From NCBI GenBank assembly GCA_008690995.1, contig VRMN01000012.1, forward strand, positions 186,001-250,000: a stretch of DNA of 64,000 nt, written 5' to 3'. Of the stretch, positions 12,139 to 23,308 are shown in pieces. Positions within the stretch are counted from its first letter, which is position 1. Every line of letters starts with the position of its first letter. The position numbers were made by a program, and so were the translations under genes. This DNA comes from Porphyridium purpureum. Its lineage: Eukaryota. The notes beneath the pieces were generated by a model. That model searched no databases. It was given only the letters and a program-made list of their open reading frames with translations, and was not told where the DNA came from.

Positions 12139-13891
12139 CTCTCCCTGGGTGGTCTCCTTTGTCTGTTTTGTTTCTTCTTTTATTCCTTCTTTTTTCCCTT
12201 TATATGTGCTCAAGCAACTTCAAACAGAAGCTGTCCTCATTCCCAAGACCGCTGAGGGCAAGATTCTAAAAGAGTCTGTCCACAGGGAAGCATGGCCACA
12301 TTCTTTTTGGTGGGTTTGGAACTGCGATCATCATGACTCGTACGGCTGTTCAATTCAGCCAGCAGCACGAGTGGCGGAATGTCAGTACACCGAAAGGATG
12401 AGAATCCCAGATGACGAGAAACCAGCGAGCACGTAGACTTCCACCGTATACAGACAAATTGCTGGCCGTTTATGCAGAACGCGGTGGTATTGGTGTATTC
12501 TTGCAGTCTTACTCTGGTAAATATTCGGTCAGAGAGACTCGTTTCACATATTAAGCGCACTGAATTCTTCTACCGGTAAATCTCTCTCGTACAAACGCCT
12601 CGCCATTCCGAGGACGATGCCGACGCGGACGCGGAGGCGCGATGTAATATTTTACTAACTTTTACTGCGAGAGATGCTTTGGAGAGCACGAGCTGTGGCC
12701 GCTGAATCCAAAGCTATCAATTTTAGCGTCATAGATCTCCCTGGTTCGGCTCTGGTGACTGAAATTGGACGGTGGATATCGCGGATCAGACAATGCAGCA
12801 CTCGCCTTATCCCGTGGCAGTTTGATAAGGTTTGCTTCCACTCTCTGATTTCGCAGAGCCCATGGTTATCTAGAAAATCTTGATTCGACAACCAGCGGTT
12901 AGACAAGTCAAATTTTGCCTTGGTGAGGTGCGTGCGGAAGCCTTGAGCAATCAACGCCTGTTCACAGATCTACAAAAGGCAAAGTGATGACAGCAAACTT
13001 GGCAGTGCGACCAATTTGCCAAATCAACACGAGCCGCCCGTCATGCATCTGAGCAAAAGGTCGACGTAGCGGATGGTTCTAAGCTTTCGAATGGTTTTGA
13101 AACCATCCAACAATTTGACGGCGTCGAAGATGCAATATGTTCCCAGCTACCCAAGTGTTCACCTGGCGGGGCTGCAGCAGTCTCTCCCCTTCTTTCTGCG
13201 TAGACTCCATTGTAAGCCACGTATCTTTCCAAAGTCAGTTCCACAGCTACAGAGAAGAACTTGCAAAACTGTGTTGAGCTTCTCTGCTTTGCTTCGTGCC
13301 AACCGTTTCCCTGTCATGCCTTTTGGATTTTGGATTGGCGCAAACCAGTCCTCGGAACGATGCTCGCAGACAGCACAGCCTCCTTCGTGGATGTCAGTAG
13401 CTCAAATGCACAGCCCCGTGCTTTCACCCAAGTTGACCAGTGGATACCCTGCAATGTTCACATATTCCAAGAATGCGCTAAAAGAGAGTGCGCAGGTGCG
13501 CACTACGCTAATGCCCACGTGATAGCAACCATGCATGCACACATCATGACAATCCCCCACGGGGGACAAAAAGTTTTGCGTTCTCGTCACTTGGAGCTTC
13601 GCAACTATCGAACCAAGGACCAGCAGATAGACAAAGGAAATTCAACCACTACAGTCTGCCGCTCTCAAGCAATGATTTCACCACTGAGCTACAACGAGGG
13701 CGCAAAGATGGGGGCGATGGGCGAAAATTAAAGTAATTATACATGTTTTCTTGGGTTTTTCGATTTTGACTTGTGATTGCGGCGAGAGAACTGGGAGGTG
13801 GGGCCGAGCAAGGCGGAAGTGGTGAAGTGTGGTGGATGGGTTCGGATGGCGTTGAGGGTTTGGTGCGTGGTTTTATTGTGACGCAGGTGGG

Positions 13892-16588
13892 TCACGTGGT
13901 GGTGAAACATCTTAGGTCGATGACGAGGACTGTGCAATCGTCGACAGAGCCGCGCGCTAGAGCCTCGTCGACAATGCGCATCGTCGCGGCCTCGAGGTCG
14001 AATAGCGCGGCGTCGTCCTTGGCCATCTGCTCGATGAGGTCCACGGCGTCCTGATTGGGTACCCAGTCCCAGAGTCCGTCTGTCGCGAGGATCAGGAAGC
14101 GGTCGTCCGCGGTGAGCGTCCGCACGCTGACTTCGGGTTCTGCCGTGATGTACTTTTTGTACTTTTCGTCGCCGAGGCCGCGCGACACGGCCAGCACACC
14201 CGCCACGCGACCCATCAGCACAAACCCGCCTGCCTCTTCTATGCGGGACGCCTCGTCGTCGCGCGATGCGCGGTGGTCCTCGGTGAGCTGGTCGGCGACT
14301 CCGCCGTTCGACACGACCGCGCGCGAATCGCCCACATGCGCGACATATAGCTTGCCGTTCTTGATTATCGCCGTCACCGCCGTGCTACCAGAGCCGAACG
14401 GATCCTTGGCTTCTGAAGGTTTTCCCCCTCTTCCGGCGCCCGCCGAAGCGACCGTGCTGCTGAGTTCCGCAATGCGCTTGCGGCTCGCCTCGCTCGGATC
14501 GGCAGGCGGTTTCAGCTTGGTAGTACCCCCCGCCTCCGGCGCACCAGGCGAGAGGGGCGCTGGACGCCGCCCACGGGGCGACTTGAGATTTTCCGCGGCT
14601 GGCGGCGCCGACCCGATGGTCGAGCTATGTCCTTGGTCACTTGTACCTGCGGGATGGGCATCTACGCTGGGCATTACCAGCGAGTTTGCGAGTGGTACCG
14701 GGCGCCTTCTTGGCGACTTGATTCCACCGGATGCACTCTTGGCACTGCCTGCTCGGTCACCGAGGCCCATACCAAAGTCTGGCTCTTCGTCTTGAGCATC
14801 GTCGAACGGATTCTTGTACTCCGCCGCAGCCTTTCCGCGCGGAGAGAACGGCATGGCCCCACTGACTGTCTCGGACGCGACAAGTCTACCGATATTGCTC
14901 GGTTTGCCTCGCGGCGACACTAGCGTTGCCGATTCGACCTGATGCGCCGTTAGGAGACCTGGCGCCGGTTTCGCTCGTGAGGCGCGTGGCGACATGAGCA
15001 GTGCTGGCGATGCAGACACGTCGTCCATTTCAAGCACGTTTGGTGCCGAAACAGACATTGGCGACTGCAGCGCGGCTCTTGCCTTCGGTGATGGTTCTGG
15101 TTCGCTCACGTTTGCGGGTGGGTTGCCTTGTATCAAACTGGGCGAGTATCCGGCAAAGCTGCCAGTCTGGCTCTTGTTCTTTCCATCTTTTGATGAAGAG
15201 TGGTTGGTGAATGATGATGTGAATTGCTTCTTCACATTATTCAGCGTCTTGCCCTTCGACACGGCTGATTTAGGAGCAGCAAGTGTTCTTTCCTGTGCTT
15301 GCTTATCTTGCTGTTGCGATGGTTGCTCTTGCGCGTCACCTGCGCTGGCATTAAATACGGTACTCGCTTCCAATGATGACGTCTCTCGTCGCTTTGAGTG
15401 GCTGCCGCGAGGTGACACGGGCACATTTGACGATGTGCAGCGATTCGAGCCTGTCATCAGCAGCTCTTGGAACTTGGATGATTTCAGCAGATGTTTTGAT
15501 GGTCCGGACTTGTCGGCTTTGTCTGTGCCCTTGTCTGTTATGCCCGAGATGCTAATCTTTCCGAACGATAAATCGCTCATGCGCCGACGAGGCGATTTCA
15601 GCGAGGATACTGTCGAAGGCGATTCATCATTTGGATTGCTCTCATCGATGGTGCCACCGATCGCCTCAAGAATGTTCAGCGACCGACCCATGTCAGCGGC
15701 CAACTCGTCACTGACCGATGAACCTGCAGCCGCAGGGCTATTTTTCGTGCCCTCCGGCGATTTAATATGTTGGCGTCCAAACGGCGCGCCGACCGTGCTG
15801 TTCCCACCAAAAGCTTTCACTTTTGAGCTTCCGTCCTCGCCTTGCTGACCGCTGCCGCCGTTTGGGTCCTTGTCTTCGTGACTACTGATGCGCTTCTCCA
15901 ATTGCGGAAGCACCACACTGCGAAACTGATTACGGCTCTCGGTCTGCATCATACTTTCCTGGTTCCTCACAAACGCCACTTGCGCGGCGGCGCGGCGCGC
16001 CATCTGTGCGCGCAGAAAGAACTCGTCAGTATCCAAAAATCCGGCTTTCATAGCATCGAGGACGTCGCCGTTTCTGAACTTGGCATGGCTGGTCACGTTG
16101 ATGGGTAGGTTCTGCGCCGCATATTGCGATGCGTGAGCGCCGCCGTGACCGTCAAACACGCCAAAGAAGATAAAGTCGTCTCCCGGCATGACGCAGCACG
16201 CGTCCTCGCACGCAGAGCGCTTCTTGCCACGCCGCGACAGGAGCCAATACCTGCAGCGATGCGCGCTGCTGGTATCTGCGGCGGAAGGCTCCTCACCCTG
16301 CGACGTCATAATATAATCGGACTGCTCCTCATCATTCACGTGCTTACCGTCGCCGCTCAAGTTAGAATCCGCCGTGTACGACCTGATCACCATGGACCCT
16401 TCCGAGCCCGTACGAGAATCCGCCTCACTCACGACGGTGAGCGCGAGCCGCGGCGGCCGCTTCCTCGTCCCCATGGCCGCCGACGCCGGCGCTGCAGCGC
16501 CACTCCTCTCGTTGACCTTTCGCGCGGCGCCACCATTCTCCACGCGCGGCGCGCTCCGGCGCTCACGCGTTGCCGCCGCGGCGTCCAT
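13892..16588 (-). CDS. PP2C (PPM) protein phosphatase with a very large low-complexity insertion
   Basis: Motifs CED, FFGVFDGHGG, SGSTA, VAHVGDSRAV, LTEDH, GVLAVSRGLGD, LILATDGLWD and GSVDDCTV. The start is uncertain (ATG at 16588 or 16603; the frame stays open to 16711). Confidence 0.93.
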   Translation of the reverse strand: MDAAAATRERRSAPRVENGGAARKVNERSGAAAPASAAMGTRKRPPRLALTVVSEADSRTGSEGSMVIRSYTADSNLSGDGKHVNDEEQSDYIMTSQGEEPSAADTSSAHRCRYWLLSRRGKKRSACEDACCVMPGDDFIFFGVFDGHGGAHASQYAAQNLPINVTSHAKFRNGDVLDAMKAGFLDTDEFFLRAQMARRAAAQVAFVRNQESMMQTESRNQFRSVVLPQLEKRISSHEDKDPNGGSGQQGEDGSSKVKAFGGNSTVGAPFGRQHIKSPEGTKNSPAAAGSSVSDELAADMGRSLNILEAIGGTIDESNPNDESPSTVSSLKSPRRRMSDLSFGKISISGITDKGTDKADKSGPSKHLLKSSKFQELLMTGSNRCTSSNVPVSPRGSHSKRRETSSLEASTVFNASAGDAQEQPSQQQDKQAQERTLAAPKSAVSKGKTLNNVKKQFTSSFTNHSSSKDGKNKSQTGSFAGYSPSLIQGNPPANVSEPEPSPKARAALQSPMSVSAPNVLEMDDVSASPALLMSPRASRAKPAPGLLTAHQVESATLVSPRGKPSNIGRLVASETVSGAMPFSPRGKAAAEYKNPFDDAQDEEPDFGMGLGDRAGSAKSASGGIKSPRRRPVPLANSLVMPSVDAHPAGTSDQGHSSTIGSAPPAAENLKSPRGRRPAPLSPGAPEAGGTTKLKPPADPSEASRKRIAELSSTVASAGAGRGGKPSEAKDPFGSGSTAVTAIIKNGKLYVAHVGDSRAVVSNGGVADQLTEDHRASRDDEASRIEEAGGFVLMGRVAGVLAVSRGLGDEKYKKYITAEPEVSVRTLTADDRFLILATDGLWDWVPNQDAVDLIEQMAKDDAALFDLEAATMRIVDEALARGSVDDCTVLVIDLRCFTTT

Positions 16589-16871
16589 GACGCGACCACG
16601 CATACACACGCCGCCCTCCCTGCTCCTCCAGCCAGTGCAGCCAATGGGTGCAGAGCGGGGCACGGGGGGATAACTGTGTAGAAACGGGAAGAAGGCAGGG
16701 GGAGGGAGCACGCAATTAACTCCTGAGCGCTACACCACACTACCTGTCACGGGCTTCCCCCTCTCTCCTCTCTTCTCTCCCTCTCTCTCGACTGACTAAC
16801 AGCCGCCAGTCGCGCATGTCACGCCGCATGCGGCTGAGCTTCACTGTACCTCACTCCACTGTACAAATACA

Positions 16872-16964
16872 GAACACCCACCGAACACCCACCGAACACC
16901 CACCGAACACCCACAGAACACCCACAGAACACCCACAGAACACCCACCGAACACCCACCGAACA
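16872..16964. repeat. 11-bp tandem array GAACACCCAC(C/A), ~8 copies
   Basis: Read directly; lies ~280 bp upstream of the PP2C ATG. Confidence 0.95.
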
Positions 16965-17677
16965 AGAGGTGTTCTGCTGAGGATCGAGCGTCGGCTAATA
17001 TCGGGCAGCGCCATAACGGCTAAGCGGCTACATTGCTAAACGGCTAAACGGCTAATTGGTTCAATGTTTAGGATTTTTTCTGGTGGCGTGTGATGGCTGT
17101 GGGTGTAGAAGGCGTGTCGCTTGGGGAGAGCGACCTTGTGGAGTGTGTGGCGGAGAGCTGTGGTAAAGCGGGTTACGGAAATCCGTCCACATTGGCGGCG
17201 CGGCGAGATTTCCACGCGCATGGCTCTCGCATTGCAGTTGTGATCGGCTCTGGGAAGGAATCATGTTCCGGCAAAACCCGCACAAAATAGTCTCTCGGCG
17301 CAAGTACGCACAGAGTCGAGGCTTATTTTGTGTCTCGTCTTTGCAGTTCTGTGCTGGACAAATCTATAACGTATTCGTGTATTCCAGACCGCGCAATGTA
17401 TGCATCTAACCTTTGCTGCCTCGCGAACACGTACCGCTCCCGGCCTAAATACACAGCGGCGTTTCGGGCGCCGCGCGCCGACCTTTTGCAGAAGAGCCCC
17501 GAGACGAGTACCACGACGGGCACAGCACGTGCACTCTGTATCATGAGCGCTCAGATTCCGGGAGCAGCACCACCGTAGCGCTGCTATCTGTGAAGTGCGC
17601 GGCGTCACCGCCATGCTGCTGCAACACAAGCCAGCCCACGCCCAGGTCCGACGCTCGACTGGACCGCCACAAAAGAA

Positions 17678-17794
17678 CAGAAGTACAGCAGAAGTACAGC
17701 AGAAGTACAGCAGAAGTACAGCAGAAGTACAGCAGAAGTACAGCAGAAGTACAGCAGAAGTACAGCAGAAGTACAGCAGAAGTACAGCAGAAGT
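17678..17794. repeat. 11-bp perfect tandem array CAGAAGTACAG, ~10.5 copies
   Basis: Read directly. Confidence 0.97.
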
Positions 17795-17796
17795 GG

Positions 17797-17805
17797 AAAC
17801 CCTAA
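17797..17805 (+). promoter_or_regulatory. Telo-box-like motif AAACCCTAA
   Basis: Exact match to the plant telo-box, directly after the array and ~100 bp before a downstream ATG. Function is inferred. Confidence 0.4.
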
Positions 17806-17906
17806 TTCGTGCGGAAGCGCGGCGCTTTTCGAGTCGGTGCGCGTTGGGGGCGGCAAGATGTGGAGCCGGGGAGACGAGAGTGTGTGAGGGAGAGGGAGAC
17901 GCGTCG

Positions 17907-18129
17907 ATGAGTGTTCTGCGGGATTGGCGCGCGCGGGTTCTGGAAGCAGCAGGCGGTCGTCTGGGCCGCGGCGGGCGTGGTGTTTTACATCAGCGTCTGG
18001 CGCCCGGATCGCGCGCGGCGCGCCAGGGACGCCGCACCCCAGCTCGAAATTGACGCGCCGCTGTCCCCAAAGAGACACCAGCAGCTGCTCGACGAGGTAC
18101 AGAAGCAGCAGCAGCAGGAGCAGGAGTAG
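17907..18129 (+). CDS. Small single-pass membrane protein (~73 aa), needs one frameshift correction
   Basis: ATG at 17907 (MSVLRDW) joins GFWKQQAVVWAAAGVVFYISVWRPDRARR...QQQQEQE* if one base is removed in the GCGCGC run at ~17925-17935. Confidence 0.45.
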
Positions 18130-18365
18130 GAGCAGCAATAGTAGGACAAAGTGCACGGCGGCCGGGTTCAAACACCACGCGCAGACACGTGGCGGCGGGC
18201 CGCACGCGTGGCGACGCAGCGTCAGTAAAAGCGGGACTTGGCCTTGTGAGGTTCAGGCGTTTGCGCAGCCGGGCACTCATCTTCATTTCATTTTTTCGTG
18301 TCGTTCTGGCGGCCGGGCCTGCGGGTAATTGGTGCTTCTAGGGGACGGTTGATTCGTCCGGGAGA

Positions 18366-19169
18366 ATGCAGAACGCACTGTACATTGCGCTGTGGGTCGG
18401 CGGCTGGCAGACGCTGCACACCTTGGCACTACTGGGCTTCAGCAACTACTTTCGCAAACGCCCAGTCGGCCTCTTTCCTGTGCGCTATGCCCCTAGCTTT
18501 TTCGTGGCGGGGATGCACGCGCTCGTCATCTCTATCGTAGGCCTGTCCTTAATGGTGGCGTTCTTCGGTGCGCCCTACACGGTCAAGTACGGCTCGGACA
18601 CGCACGGCTCAGAGGAATTTCACACGGCTCACCGTGCGGTCGAGCAGGCGTGCTGCATGTTTGTGGGGTATCTTTTTTATGACCTGGGGCATGTACTCAC
18701 ACACTTTCCGGACCTTGGCGGATGGGATATGCTGATCCATCACATGCTCTTTCTGTCGGCCAGCTTGACCGCGTTATACCGATCGATCCTTCATTTCTCG
18801 TTCGCGTGGCTAATCATCGGCGAAATCAGCTCTGTCTTTCTCAATTTGAGATGGTTTCTACGCAAATTGAACTGTAGCATCGCGTGGTTGCTGCCGGTCA
18901 ACTTGCTCTTTGCGTTGTTCTTTGGCGTAACCCGAGTGCTTGTATACGGAGTAGGACTTTACGACCTTGTACAAGCGAACAAGGAGCTCCAATCGTTGTG
19001 GATTCGATACTTTGTGTTTATTCTGTCGATCGGATGGCTCTTGAACACTTATTGGTTTGCCTTTATTCTGCGCAAAGGCCTGGGTCTGGACCAAGCCCGT
19101 CGGAACTCTGGCAATAACCGCGGGCAAACCATCCGGCAAAGCGAGTCGAGCACCGAAAAAACTCGGTGA
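18366..19169 (+). CDS. TLC (TRAM/LAG1/CLN8) domain membrane protein, TMEM56/TLCD-like
   Basis: Multiple TM helices with GYLFYD, MLIHH, GEISSVFLNLRWF, FFGVTRV and LNTYWF. Confidence 0.9.
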   Translation: MQNALYIALWVGGWQTLHTLALLGFSNYFRKRPVGLFPVRYAPSFFVAGMHALVISIVGLSLMVAFFGAPYTVKYGSDTHGSEEFHTAHRAVEQACCMFVGYLFYDLGHVLTHFPDLGGWDMLIHHMLFLSASLTALYRSILHFSFAWLIIGEISSVFLNLRWFLRKLNCSIAWLLPVNLLFALFFGVTRVLVYGVGLYDLVQANKELQSLWIRYFVFILSIGWLLNTYWFAFILRKGLGLDQARRNSGNNRGQTIRQSESSTEKTR

Positions 19170-19260
19170 CCGTCCGGCGCATGGAGCTTGTGCACAATAC
19201 TTAAAGTGGGTTCGGATGCTTTGGAATATTACGAGAGCACTGCGGCGGTAGGCTGCATTT

Positions 19261-22200
19261 CTAAATTGTACCCAGTAGGCAGAACGAACATTTGGTTCGT
19301 TGAAGAGGAAGCGTAGCGTTTTGTGGTACAGCAAGACGACACGGACACAACGAGCATTGCACAGATGGCACGCCAAAACCCAGAAAGGTGAGCGTGTTGA
19401 AGCAAACGCTCATGCCGGGCTGCGGATACTTGTTCGTCATCTGCTTGGACATGCACAAGTTCAACTTGGACACTAGCTGCTGCGCCTGATCCTGCGCTTC
19501 TGGCTGATCAGTGGCGGCTCCGCGGCTGCGACTCTGCAGCACTCGAATGCCTTGCGCAGCTAGCCCATAGTTCTCGATACCCAGATTAAAGTTGATGGCG
19601 GCGTTCATGCCTCGAATCCACTGGTCGGGACGGAGCGGAATCTCAGTCAGAACGGTCGCATAATGGGCGGCGTAACGTTTAGCTTCCATCTTCTGCTGCG
19701 GGGTTGGCGCTTTAGTCTCGTCGCGCGCACGCTCCAAGCATTCCACGACACGCTTCATGATGCGTGCAGCAATGCGGTGCCACACAAGCGCAATCATGAG
19801 CGCGCGATCCTTTTTCGCACAAACAGCGTGCATTTGTAAAGCCTGGCCACACACATCAAACGCCTCCTCCAAGCGCCCAGCATCGATGGCCGTTACCGCA
19901 TTGCTCAGCATCACTTTCACACTTTCGATGGACGCGGTGGACGCAGAGGACGTGGAGCCTCCATCCGCTTGCCCAGCCTGCTGCTCTCCATCCTCCTCGA
20001 ACGCGCCAAACATAGTCGGTGCGGTGAAGCCGCCGACGGCTCCAGCCGTCGGCGCAATAATCTGATTCGAGAACTCAGCTAGCAGGCTCGTCTCGAGAAT
20101 AGTCGAAACCGATGACGCTGTATTCGGCGGAAGGCTCGCAGTCTCACCGTCTTGACCACCATTGGTCATGGCGCGAACGTTCACAGAATCCGCAACGCCC
20201 ATCTCCAAGAATTCGTTCGGTCCTGCATGCTTGACGCCCTCGGCATCGACGTCCTTTTCCTGCCAGACGTTGCACTTGGCTACCGAGCTATTGGACACGC
20301 GCAGCTGCAGTGCTGATATGGCCCCCGCGATGGTGTCGTTTTTGTACTGTGCCGCCAATGAGTCAAGCGCGCGGAACGCTTGCGCACCGCCTTCACGATC
20401 GACAAACGCACGAAGTGTGCCCTCGCGGCCTAGCACAGAGGAGCAGCGCTTGGCGGTATTAAAGTCACCCAGAACGATCGCATGATTGAACAGCATTTGG
20501 AAAGCATGATAAAGTTCGCAACCCGGGTAGAAATCAGAAGCAGCGGAGAGCGTAACATACTCGGCCTCCAGAACACTTAGCGCTGCGCGTACATTTCGTA
20601 GCTGCACAAGCATTTTGGCTCGCAGGACCGGCGGAAGGGATAAGGTTCCGCCATTTGCGTTACCGATACCTCGACCTTTTCGATCATTCTCATCCATAAG
20701 TAGCAATGCGGTGGCGATACTGTCATGCCCAGCACTGACCAAGCCACGTACCACGCCGACGGAGACCTGTGCCGCATCGTGATCAGCAAGAAGCGATCGA
20801 ATTTTTGCATCTGTGGCTGCTGCGGATGCAGAAGGAATGCCAAGGGCACCAAACACGGACGGCTGAATAAATCCTGCACTGCGGGAAATGATCGCAAATC
20901 GGTTTTCTCGACTGGTTCCCCCACCTGCAGCAGCAGTATGCACGCCATAAATGACCCGATCCGGCAACGCTGCGATCAGGCAGGATGGAGCTGCGTCTGC
21001 ACGACTGCAGCTCGCAAGCAAGTCAGCTTTCGCTTTTATGGAAATGCTGTAGATGTGCGCACCCATCAAAAGCGCCACCACAGGTCCATTCCACACGATA
21101 TTTAGGGGGGCGCCCGTGGCTACTACAGCCCGATGCTTGCTCGGTCCAAACGCGACCGAGTCCAGCGCGAGCGCGGAAAGGGGCTCGAGTCGATTTTTGA
21201 AGAAAAGAATGCGTTTGGATGTGAGTGCCACAGCCAAGTACTGCTTGCTCGAACTGTTTGTACCACCCGATGGAATTTGCTGCCATCTCAAGTCCAACAC
21301 GCGCTCGCTGCGCTGCAGGGGTACGGCAGTCTCGTCGTCCGCGTCAAGTAAATGCTCAGGTGCACCAAATCGCCAATTCTGCGACGCGACCAGCCTGCTG
21401 AGCTGGCGTTGGAAGTACACTACCGCGTTGCCATTGTTCATGGGAGAAGCAAATACGCGCGTCATCACCACCGCGGTAGGTGCCGTTTGCGTGACATTTC
21501 CGGCGTTGCCTGAGGCACTCGCAAATTTGGCGCGGTGCATTCCAAGCGAGTTGCTCTTGTCGCCTCGAAACTGAAACGCAGCAAATGCCGCTCCAGATGC
21601 CGATATCACCAGCAGGCGGTTCTGGTTATCCACAGGACCCAAGAAGCAGCCATCACGTCCTTCTTGTGGCTCTGAAACATTCCATTCCGTATCGTTCTCG
21701 TTCTCACCTCGCTTCGTGCACATGACATATTTGAACTGGGCGTCACCAGCCTCGACGTACATTAAGTCTGATAGCATTTCTCCTTCGTCCAGTGCTTGCG
21801 GCTCGGATGCCATAAAAACGAGCACAGCAACTACTCCACGGCTGCTACTATCGCTGCCTGTGGTCGTGCTGCCATATGCGACGCAGAGGCGATACACACT
21901 ACCGCGCGGAAGCTCGCACACTGGAACAGCAGTGCCCTTCTGTAGCGAATAAACGTACAATTTTCCGTCCGCGGCGAATACCGCATCAGAACGCACCATG
22001 ACCGTGCCGCCAATTACGTTCTGCGGATCCGTGCTGAAGGGCGTGTCGATACCCGGTGCCAAAATGGCTGAGCTTTGAAAGACACCCGAAATAATGGGCA
22101 GTGGTCTCATGACATACACCTTGCTCTTTGTGACAGCGCGTTCCGCGCTCTGCGCATTGTTCCACAGCATCAAATTTCCGTGCACGGGCTCTCCCGCCAT

Positions 22201-23308
22201 GCGCGTCGTGTGGTCGCAACCTGCTGCATTCAGCAGGGGCGCAGAGGGCTTCGGAAACAATGCCGACGGTATGATTGTTCCGTCCGTCCCTATGTTTTTG
22301 CAGATCAACCGGCCAGCGATGGTAAGTGCAAGGAATAGCGGAGCATTAGCAGCGTGGCTAAATCCGCCACCATGGAACATGGCTTCCACGATAGTCACCT
22401 TTTCTGTAACTTTATGCGTCGGCGTTGCGGCCGGTGCCGCGGATGCTGACGAAGATGAAAGCAGCTTTGGCTTTTCCGGGGCATCGCCAGGAGTCGAAGA
22501 CGCTGCAGCACCGAGGCGCCACGTCAAGATGCGGCCCTTGTTCGTACACGCCACGAGTATGTTGGCCAAAGGATGCAGGGCTAGCGCCGTGGTGCGCTCG
22601 CCCGTCCCAGCGTTGTTGAGCGTGTCGAGCTCATGCTTAATGTGCTTCTCGGCAATGTCAAACACGCGTACAATCCCATTCACGTATGCGGCGGCGGCCC
22701 ATGCGCGCACCGGATGCACAACCAATGCACTCAGATCGCTCATCTTGTCCGCCCGCTTGGTGGCTAGCGAAGCCTGAACCTTTGCTGCGCCGCCCTTGGC
22801 CACGTTCACTTTATGCTGGCTTCCCACCAGATCGGCGCGCAGCTTGAAGATCTCCCCGATAGGCGACGTGGCGTCTCGATGATGATTCAGCATCATACAC
22901 CAAACCGAGCTGGAGTCGAACTTGCTGTATACCACGAACGGCCTGCTGTGCGCCTTGCTTGATTGCACGTACGCAATGCCGCGCTGCGCACCAGGCAACT
23001 CAAACGTTTCAAGAATCTTCGCCACGCTGCCATCAAACACTTGGATCGCACACCTTATTCCTCTCCAGGAACGCCAACGTCAGGCGCAGCGACGACACGT
23101 GCACGAGATGCTGCACTGTGTCTGGCAACGTCACCCCACACACGTGTGCCATGCGGCGCGTCTCATAGTACATCAAGCGCGTGCCCATGGACACACACAC
23201 CCATCCGCGTTCCTCACAGAACGCCGCGCGCGTGGAGAACTCACTCGCTGGCTCGGCGCTCGGCAGCGCCGCGCGCAGCGTGAACATCGCGCTCGAGCCC
23301 GAACTCAT
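19261..23308 (-). CDS. TSET/TPLATE complex WD40 scaffold subunit (TWD40-2/TTRAY-like; alpha-COP-like architecture)
   Basis: N-terminal WD40 blades (HPVRAWAAAAYVNGIVRVFD, LHPLANILVACTNKGRILTW), a helical solenoid and a C-terminal alpha-COP-like Cys cluster (NYGLAAQ..LCMSK..NK..CFNTL..CSLC..CSFCLLGTI). The 5' part (ATG at 23308) joins via a 1-nt frameshift near 23053. Confidence 0.75.

Noticed and set aside
16872..17794. Tandem arrays as CRISPR-like arrays
   Set aside because: Units abut with no unique spacers, are only 8-11 bp, and there are no cas genes. The same applies to the arrays at 33428 and 61724.
17590..18171. ORFs with QQKYSRSTAEV or LLLYFCCTSAV repeats
   Set aside because: These are translations of the 11-bp DNA array. 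The period is not a multiple of 3 and the same peptide cycles through all frames.
23033..23070. Spliceosomal intron joining the two parts of the WD40 gene
   Set aside because: The protein pattern is continuous across a single-base shift, leaving no room for a plausible intron.
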